A stretch of 64,000 bases of DNA from Candidatus Hydrogenedentota bacterium (GTDB lineage: Bacteria; Hydrogenedentota; Hydrogenedentia; Hydrogenedentales; SLHB01), in assembly GCA_963668025.2 (NCBI GenBank), contig CAXXTH010000017.1, forward strand, positions 1,376,001 to 1,440,000, written 5' to 3'. Position 1 is the first letter of the stretch, and each line of letters begins with the position of its first letter. This document shows positions 40,047-46,714 of this stretch, one piece after another. The notes under the pieces are model-generated. The model made no database searches, was not told the origin of the DNA, and worked only from the letters and a program-made list of their open reading frames with translations. The translations under genes and the position numbers were made by a program.

Positions 40047-41210
40047 ATGGAACTGGCCTTGATCGCCCTCGAAAACGCATTGGCGGCAGCCCGGCCTGAA
40101 CCGCCGCGCAGTTCCGCCCGCTATATTGTCGAGCAGAGCAAGGCGGTTTCCGATGATGGTTTCCGTGCTGCTCTCGAAAGTGCGAACGCCCGCGCGGCGT
40201 CCACGGAAAGCGCCAGCCATTGCGTGGAGCAAGGCGACACGCTTTGGGAAATTTGCCGGGATGCGCTTCAGGATTCCGGTATTGCTCCCGTACATGCGGA
40301 AGTGCAGGCGGCAATTGACCGGGTAGCGGAGGCCAATCAATTGCGTGATCCAGACAAGCTTTCCGTCGGACAACAACTTGATCTGCGTGCGATAATGCCG
40401 GAGGAGCATGAACTTGAAACTCCGCCGGAATCAACCGCCGCAAGCACATTGAAATCCATGAATATCCCAAGGGATTTACGCTTGGCGGATGGGCGTAGCT
40501 TCCTGGAAGGGAGCGCCTTGACAACTTTGATACCCGTGCAAGCGGTCGAAAAGTACGCCACATCCGCTCAAGGCGGCCCTGCGCCCGTAGGCATTCTCGT
40601 CGCCAGCCGCACCGAGGAGCTGGGGCTGATACCGGATTCGGATGTAACAACCGCGAAGAGCGTGGATGCGGCGCAAACGTCCTCGCTGGAGAACCAGCCC
40701 ATCACCCGGGCCAGCCTAATGGCCATGATCGAGCGGCTTCTCGGCGGAAGTGAGGATTCAACGAAACAAGCATCCCAGGAAACCGGGCCGTGGAGTACCC
40801 TGCTACGGGATGATACGGCGAGATTATCGTCTTCTTTCGGGATGCGTGCGGATCCGTTCACGGGGCTGCCGGAGCATCATGATGGGATCGATATTGCAGC
40901 GCCCACGGGAACGGAGATTTATCCGTACAAAGCTGGGCAAGTGGTGGCGGCGGGCTGGCAGCCAGGATATGGCCGTTCCGTCATTTTGCGGCATCGGGAT
41001 GGGACGGAAACCGTGTATGGGCACGCATCCAAGCTCTTGGTGCGGCCAGGCGATTTGGTGACGGCGAACGACCCGATTGGCCAAGTAGGCTCGACCGGAC
41101 GGGCGACAGGCCCGCATCTGCATTTTGAAGTGCGTGTCGAAGGCCAGGCAGTGGATCCTACGCCGTTCCTGTCCAATGATACGCTGCAACTGGCGCAAGC
41201 GGAGGCGTGA
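40047..41210 (+). CDS. LysM and M23 family peptidoglycan endopeptidase
   Basis: V.QGDTLW...N.L.DPD.L.VGQ.L LysM; SS.FG.R.DP, H.GID, YGH and GPHLHFEV M23 motifs. Confidence 0.92.
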   Translation: MELALIALENALAAARPEPPRSSARYIVEQSKAVSDDGFRAALESANARAASTESASHCVEQGDTLWEICRDALQDSGIAPVHAEVQAAIDRVAEANQLRDPDKLSVGQQLDLRAIMPEEHELETPPESTAASTLKSMNIPRDLRLADGRSFLEGSALTTLIPVQAVEKYATSAQGGPAPVGILVASRTEELGLIPDSDVTTAKSVDAAQTSSLENQPITRASLMAMIERLLGGSEDSTKQASQETGPWSTLLRDDTARLSSSFGMRADPFTGLPEHHDGIDIAAPTGTEIYPYKAGQVVAAGWQPGYGRSVILRHRDGTETVYGHASKLLVRPGDLVTANDPIGQVGSTGRATGPHLHFEVRVEGQAVDPTPFLSNDTLQLAQAEA

Positions 41211-41232
41211 TTCCATGTAGGATTGCCTGCGC

Positions 41233-42510
41233 TTATAAGTATCCTCCCGCTTTTAGTGCCCTCCGGTCTTCTTCCGAAAGCGCTGTTCCTTCGGTTTGGC
41301 TGCGGGGATGGCCTTCATTCCATTCAGTGATGAGTATGCGCAACCGCTCTAGTTGCTCCGGATATTCGGCGCTGCAATTTGCAAGTTCCTTTGGATCGGT
41401 ATCGAGGCGGAACAGCTCGGGATGGTTCTCATGTAAAATGAGTTTCCATGGGCCATCGAGAATGCCTTGACGCTGGGGAGGGCGGCCCTTGAGGATCAAT
41501 TTCGCGCCGGGCAAATGAGGCACCGCGCCGCCATACGTTTCGATGATGCGGATGCGGTTATCGGGCGGTGTCTCGTTCAGGAGATTCATGCCCTGCATAT
41601 CCGCGAGCGGTGGAAGCCCTGCCAGCGCCAGCAAAGTGGGGCCCACATCGAGGCCGCGCACGGGGGCTTGGATGCGTTCTGGCTGTATGCCCGGCCCGGT
41701 GAAGAAAAAGGGAATATGAATGCCGTCTTGATAGATCCGGCGGCCATGGCCGAGATAGCCATGCTCATATAAGCTCTCACCATGGTCTGCCGCAAACAGG
41801 ATATAGGTGTTTTCTAGGGGCAGCGCTTCCAGCAAGCGGCCAATCTCATAGTCGGTAAAGGCGATTTCGGAGTCATACCGCTTTCGAGTGCGGTCTTCTT
41901 TGTTCAATCGTTTGCCTTCGTTATCCCAAGGATTGAAGCGGGTATGAAAACGATACGGGGCGTGCGGATCGGAATAATGTATCCAGCAGAAAAACGGCTT
42001 GCTGGCATCGCGCTGGGATAACTGTTCCAAGGCGATTTCGGTGACTTCATCGGCGTACCGTTCGTTTTTGAAAAATCCCCACCGCTTGTTGGTGAAATGG
42101 TCTTCATACACCTCGTAGCCGCGCGCCAGCCCCGATAGTTTGGCGCGAAGGGTCCAATTGCTTTGCACGCAGAATGTCTGGTATCCCGCCAGTTGGAACT
42201 GTTCCGCCACGGTGGGAGTGTCGTTTCCCAAGGGAAGCCCATTGCGAAACGCGCCGAGCGTCCGTGGAATCTGGGAGGTTTGCATCGCGCAGAAGGCGGG
42301 ATTGGTGAGAGGAACCTCTGTTACACAATCCTCGAATAGGCGGCCTTGGGCGGCAAGGCGGTCCAGATGGGGCGATGTATTCCGGCCGTACCCATAACAG
42401 CCGAGGTGATCGGCGCGTAATGTGTCCACGGATAAAAAGACGACATTGGGCGCGGAGGCATTCGGCGCGCCTAACACCAGCATGCATACGGTAACAAGCA
42501 CAGCGGCCAT
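41233..42510 (-). CDS. Exported sulfatase-like alkaline phosphatase superfamily protein
   Basis: Signal peptide; PNVV..SVDTLRADHL, HY.DPH.PY, ADHGE; nucleophile loop PLTNPAF. Confidence 0.88.
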   Translation of the reverse strand: MAAVLVTVCMLVLGAPNASAPNVVFLSVDTLRADHLGCYGYGRNTSPHLDRLAAQGRLFEDCVTEVPLTNPAFCAMQTSQIPRTLGAFRNGLPLGNDTPTVAEQFQLAGYQTFCVQSNWTLRAKLSGLARGYEVYEDHFTNKRWGFFKNERYADEVTEIALEQLSQRDASKPFFCWIHYSDPHAPYRFHTRFNPWDNEGKRLNKEDRTRKRYDSEIAFTDYEIGRLLEALPLENTYILFAADHGESLYEHGYLGHGRRIYQDGIHIPFFFTGPGIQPERIQAPVRGLDVGPTLLALAGLPPLADMQGMNLLNETPPDNRIRIIETYGGAVPHLPGAKLILKGRPPQRQGILDGPWKLILHENHPELFRLDTDPKELANCSAEYPEQLERLRILITEWNEGHPRSQTEGTALSEEDRRALKAGGYL

Positions 42511-42520
42511 CCATGGCCTC

Positions 42521-43003
42521 TTATTTAGGTTCAGCAGGCGACGGTGGAACAGGTTCTGCGGGATATTTGATTTCCACTTGGCATGGGGTTTCCAGCGGCG
42601 CATCTCCTTGTTCCGTGGAGACAATCACGACGCTGCCTTGTTCATTATATGCGGAGATCAAAAACGTAAATTGGCCGGAAGGGGCGTTGAGGGGAACATC
42701 GAGCATGCTGGATGTCCAGATGCCATCGCCGCTTTTCGCATCGGGAGCCTCGCCATTGTCGTAGAGGTGGATAATCACCCGGTTTTCAGGTTCTTGAGCG
42801 GTTTGTTCGCCTTTGACTTCCGCCTGCACGTTCTTGATGATCCCGTATTTGTCAGAGACCTTGACGGAAATAACCGCGCTGTCGCCGGGAGCAAGGACGG
42901 CGGGTTGAACTCCGGCTTGATCAAGACGGGGCTGGCGTCCAAGCGTATTGCAGCCAGCTAACGCCAGTGTTGCGATGAGCGCCAGATACATCGAGGTTTT
43001 CAT
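42521..43003 (-). CDS. Lipoprotein with a choice-of-anchor X-like motif
   Basis: Lipobox LAGC; LYDNG..PD...GDGIWT. Confidence 0.75.
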   Translation of the reverse strand: MKTSMYLALIATLALAGCNTLGRQPRLDQAGVQPAVLAPGDSAVISVKVSDKYGIIKNVQAEVKGEQTAQEPENRVIIHLYDNGEAPDAKSGDGIWTSSMLDVPLNAPSGQFTFLISAYNEQGSVVIVSTEQGDAPLETPCQVEIKYPAEPVPPSPAEPK

Positions 43004-43237
43004 GCTGCATTCTCCAGGCGCCGTACGCGGCGCCGTATACCAGTCATTCCATTGACGCGGGCTTCACCCGCATGCCATGCTGTTTCGCGGATTCGCGGAT
43101 ATTGGCTTTCCACGGAAATCCATGGCAAGCAGACTACCCCAGCCCATGCGAAGCTGTCAAACGCGCATGCCCTGCTCTGTGTATAACGGAATGGATAACG
43201 CGCAGGGGGACAGCCCGGGGCGATTGGCAGAGGATAC

Positions 43238-44032
43238 ATGACGCAACGATTTCTGGCGCGGCTGCGCTACGAGGGAACTCATTTCTCGGGCTGGCAAGTG
43301 CAGCCGCATCTTCGCACGGTGCAAGGCGTAATCGAAGAAGCCCTGTCCCGGATGGCCGGGGAGCATATACGGGTGCAAGGCGCTTCACGTACGGATGCGG
43401 GCGTTCATGCCTTTGGGCAAACGTGCGTGTTTGATTGGAAAAAAGAGCAGGACGGCGGGCGGCTTCAGCATTCCCTCTCGGGCATGCTAGGCCCCGAGAT
43501 TCGCGTGGACGCCATCGAACCGGTTGTGGCGGATTTTGATCCAAGGCGCTGGGCCATAGGCAAACACTATGCCTATACGCTGCATCTAGGGCGGGAAGCG
43601 GATCCGTTTGCCGTCCGGTATGCCTGGCCCATTCGATGGAAGCTGGATATGGGGCGGCTCGCGGATTACGCCCAGCTTTTGGTGGGCGAGCATGATTTCG
43701 CGGGATTCGAGAGCTCCGGTTCTGCTAGCGGCTCCACTATTCGAACCATTCATGGCATAGCCGTGCGGCCCGGGGCGGTTATAGGGTCGTGTGACGCCGT
43801 GAATTGCTGGCGCATGGAATTTCACGGGAGCGGCTTCTTGTATCACATGGTGCGCAATATCGTGGGGACGCTCGTGGATGTGGCGCGCGGCCATAAGCAG
43901 GTGGACTGGATTGCCGAACGGCTACATGCCCCCGGGCCTTTCCGGGGCCGCACGGCCCCTGCTCAAGGCCTGGTCCTCATGCGCGTGTTTTATGAACACG
44001 CCGAATACGCCAAGGCGCACCAGAGGATATGA
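43238..44032 (+). CDS. truA: tRNA pseudouridine(38-40) synthase
   Basis: YEGT.F.GWQ.Q, SRTDAGVHA.GQ, G.HDF, GFLYHMVR, TAP..GL. Confidence 0.97.
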   Translation: MTQRFLARLRYEGTHFSGWQVQPHLRTVQGVIEEALSRMAGEHIRVQGASRTDAGVHAFGQTCVFDWKKEQDGGRLQHSLSGMLGPEIRVDAIEPVVADFDPRRWAIGKHYAYTLHLGREADPFAVRYAWPIRWKLDMGRLADYAQLLVGEHDFAGFESSGSASGSTIRTIHGIAVRPGAVIGSCDAVNCWRMEFHGSGFLYHMVRNIVGTLVDVARGHKQVDWIAERLHAPGPFRGRTAPAQGLVLMRVFYEHAEYAKAHQRI

Positions 44033-44245
44033 AAAGGAAATGCGCCGTGGGGGCAACCACAGCGCACTCACAGAGGGTTTCGGCCTTGCGGATACCTTTC
44101 AGCTCGGGACTTGATATGGCGTCCGAAAGACCGTTTGTTTCGACATCCGTGTCACGTAATCCTCGACTTCCCTGTCTTGGATGAATCTTGATTGGACTTC
44201 CTTGTCCTTTTTTCCGGCCTTGGCCTCCTTGCCTCGGCCGTTATG
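44032..44245 (-). ncRNA. Putative CsrA-binding sRNA 1 (about 210 nt, ends approximate)
   Basis: Sigma-28 promoter upstream; hairpins GGC-AAGGAG-GCC, GGAC-AAGGAA-GUCC, GAC-AGGGAA-GUC and GAC-ACGGAU-GUC; terminator stem 44041-44066 then UUUCCUUUU. Confidence 0.72.
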
Positions 44246-44251
44246 CAATAT

Positions 44252-44278
44252 ATATCGGCGCGTTTGGCGAGAACTTTA
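44252..44278 (-). promoter_or_regulatory. Sigma-28 (FliA/SigD) promoter 1
   Basis: TAAA-GTTCTCGCCAAACGC(15)-GCCGATAT. Confidence 0.85.
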
Positions 44279-44312
44279 GTTGGGGCGCATTCGGTTACAT
44301 CAATAGTGCGCT

Positions 44313-44437
44313 AAAAAAATAAGAGCGCCACACATGGGGACTGTGGCGCACTCAAGAAGGGTGGAACTTGGGACATCGAGACTGGTCCGGGGGACAACCT
44401 TTCCGGCCTCTTTGTTGTTTCCCATTCAACTTTGTTA
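44313..44437 (-). ncRNA. Putative sRNA 2 (about 125 nt), paralogous unit
   Basis: Sigma-28 promoter upstream; GUUG-AAUGGGAAA-CAAC hairpin; conserved GUCCC..AG.U and UGAGUGCGC; terminator GCGCCACA/UGUGGCGC with a U run. Confidence 0.65.
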
Positions 44438-44443
44438 CTTCTT

Positions 44444-44470
44444 ATATCGGCCTTTTGCGGGAAAACTTTA
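44444..44470 (-). promoter_or_regulatory. Sigma-28 promoter 2
   Basis: TAAA-GTTTTCCCGCAAAAG(15)-GCCGATAT. Confidence 0.85.
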
Positions 44471-44575
44471 GCCAAAATATAAAGGAAATTTATATAAACA
44501 AAATGGCATATTCTGGGACTATTTTGGCTTTATTAATGTTACAGAATGATGATACAACACATATTTAGCACTAAT

Positions 44576-44744
44576 AAAGGAAAGCGCCACAATTGGGCAT
44601 TGTGGCGCACTCATGGAGGTATAGCTTAGGGACCTTGTATTCGCCTCGGCGTTGGGACGGCGCCTGGGCTGTGGGACGGTTCCGTTAGCGTAATTTCGAC
44701 TTCCGTGTCTCGGGGGGCTTCGACTTCCTTGTCTTAGCCTTGCA
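44576..44744 (-). ncRNA. Putative CsrA-binding sRNA 3 (about 170 nt)
   Basis: Sigma-28 promoter upstream; hairpins GAC-AAGGAA-GUC and GAC-ACGGAA-GUC plus a further ACGGA; terminator GCGCCACAAU/AUUGUGGCGC then UUUCCUUU. Confidence 0.72.
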
Positions 44745-44750
44745 CTGTAT

Positions 44751-44777
44751 ATATCGGCGGCAATGAACGAAACTTGA
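44751..44777 (-). promoter_or_regulatory. Sigma-28 promoter 3
   Basis: TCAA-GTTTCGTTCATTGCC(15)-GCCGATAT. Confidence 0.8.
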
Positions 44778-44839
44778 GCCCGAATGTAAATGGGCGTGAT
44801 GTGGATTGAATAATAAAACTTATGTGATATTTATGTGTT

Positions 44840-45865
44840 TTAATCAAACAGATGGCCTTGCGCATTTGGTGGAGGCGCCAGGCCGAAGTGGCGGTAGCCA
44901 AGGGGAGTGGCGACGCGCCCCTGCGGGGTGCGCTTGAGGAAGCCTAACTGTATTAGAAAAGGCTCATGGACCTCCTCGATGGTTTGGGCGTCTTCGCCGA
45001 TGCTGACAGCGAGGGAAGACAGGCCAACAGGCCCGCCGCTGAATTTATGGATGACGGTTTCGATGATATGGCGGTCCATGTCGTCGAGGCCCAGCGCGTC
45101 GATGCGCAGAAGGTTAAGCGCGGCATCGGCGATTTCCTGCGTGATGACGCCATCGCCCTTTACTTCGGCAAAGTCGCGCACGCGGCGGAGCAGGCGGTTG
45201 GCGACGCGGGCGGTTCCCCTGGAGCGTCCCGCCAATTCAAGCGCGCCGGTGTCTTCAATGGGCACATTGAGGATGCGGGCGGAGCGTTTGACGATCTGCT
45301 CAAGCTCGGCGGGAGAGTAGAATTCAAAGCGGCAGGTGTCGCCGAAGCGCGCCCGCAGCGGTGGCGTAAGGAGGCCCGAACGGGTGGTGGCCCCGATCAG
45401 GGTGAATCGCTTGAGGCCGATTTTCATCGAGCGCGCCGTGGGGCCCTTCCCGAGCATGATATCGACCTCAAAATCCTCCATGGCGGAATAGAGGGTTTCC
45501 TCGACCGCATGGTTAAGGCGGTGGATCTCGTCGATGAACAGGAAGTCGAACTCATCCAGGCTGGTCAGAATAGCGCTGAGGTCCGCCTGGCGCTCGATGA
45601 CGGGCCCGGAGGTGGATTTAATGTCCACTCCCATCTCATTGGCGAGAATGCGGGCGAGGGTGGTCTTGCCGAGTCCTGGCGGGCCAGAAAGCAGCAGATG
45701 GTCAAGAGGCTCGCGCCGGTTCTTAGCGGCTTCGATGGCGATGTGGAGTTTTTCCTTGATGGGCTCCTGCCCAGGGAAATCCTCGAGGCGCTGCGGGCGT
45801 ATGCGGTCGTCAAACTGCGAGTCCTCGCTAATGGGCGCGCCGCTGAGCAAGTCATTGTTAGCCAT
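44840..45865 (-). CDS. ruvB: Holliday junction branch migration helicase RuvB
   Basis: [53 protein letters not shown]. Confidence 0.98.
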   Translation of the reverse strand: MANNDLLSGAPISEDSQFDDRIRPQRLEDFPGQEPIKEKLHIAIEAAKNRREPLDHLLLSGPPGLGKTTLARILANEMGVDIKSTSGPVIERQADLSAILTSLDEFDFLFIDEIHRLNHAVEETLYSAMEDFEVDIMLGKGPTARSMKIGLKRFTLIGATTRSGLLTPPLRARFGDTCRFEFYSPAELEQIVKRSARILNVPIEDTGALELAGRSRGTARVANRLLRRVRDFAEVKGDGVITQEIADAALNLLRIDALGLDDMDRHIIETVIHKFSGGPVGLSSLAVSIGEDAQTIEEVHEPFLIQLGFLKRTPQGRVATPLGYRHFGLAPPPNAQGHLFD

Positions 45866-46186
45866 GGGGTGTTGTGTTTCCTTATGCCAGGTAAAACCAA
45901 TTAGGCGCGAAGGCGCACTTCGCATCTGCATTATGGAAGACAGCGCGCCCGGACGCAAGCAGTTGGCCAGCGGGGGAAATAGAATGGAAATGCCGCTCTT
46001 CATCTCGCGGAAGAATCCGCCACAAAAAGCGCAGGCCACAAAGATGCATTCTTTCTTGTGCTTCTTGTGCTTCTTGTGGCTAGAGCGGTGTAAGGTTGGA
46101 TACAATGAGATAGAGTGCATGGCTATGATTCAAATTGAACCGCTCAAGTATCGTGAACGAAGATGATGCCGGAATTGGTTACGTAG

Positions 46187-46590
46187 GTGTCCCGAAGGGA
46201 CATCCCATCACAGCCCAGGGCCGACCGCCGCCCGAAGGGCAAGGGAGCCCCTGGGTGCAAATGCCCCCTCCCCGAAATGCCCTGTATGGGCATCCCAAAA
46301 GTGAGCCATTTCACGCTATTGATACCTGAAAGTATTCGGCGGCGGAGCTTCTTTAACGCAGAGAACGCAAAGGACGCGGAGTTTCGCGGAGCAGACATCT
46401 CCTCCTCGAAACTCCGCGTCCTCAGCGCCTATCTCTGCGATGATCTACAACACATTGATGGCGTGAAAAGAATGACTCTTGTGATGTCCCTTCAGGACAA
46501 TTCATTGGGGGCGCTTATTCCCAGGGGCTCCCTTGCCCTTCGGGCGGCGGTCGGCCCTGGGCTGGGGGTTGGGTTGTCCCTTCGGGACAC
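46187..46590. repeat. Nested inverted-repeat element (REPIN/MITE-like)
   Basis: Arms of about 70 bp (GTGTCCCGAAGGGACA...GGAGCCCCTGGG) at both ends; inner perfect 16-bp IR AGGACGCGGAGTTTCG/CGAAACTCCGCGTCCT. Confidence 0.85.
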
Positions 46591-46657
46591 TATTTTTTAA
46601 TTCTGTACTGATCTCTTATATCAGCAGGTTTCATAATGTGATTCTTTCAATGCAAAG

Positions 46658-46692
46658 ATAAAAGCGGCGCGCCCGTTACGAGTGCGCCGCTT
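46658..46692 (-). terminator. Intrinsic terminator after the dehydrogenase gene
   Basis: AAGCGGCGCAC/GCGCGCCGCTT stem with a T run on the minus strand, just after stop 46715. Confidence 0.7.
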
Positions 46693-46714
46693 CGTGTGTA
46701 CTCTCAATGGAGAC

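Noticed and set aside
39850-40650. Minus-strand ORFs of 265 and 150 aa
   Set aside because: They overlap the LysM-M23 gene and its promoter, and their composition is not protein-like.
44032-44777. CRISPR array or type I toxin ORFs as an explanation for the three repeats
   Set aside because: Units are long and unequal, with no constant repeat-spacer period and no cas genes. Plus-strand SD-like motifs lead to unrelated, non-hydrophobic TTG ORFs (for example 44368..44568) or to no start at all.
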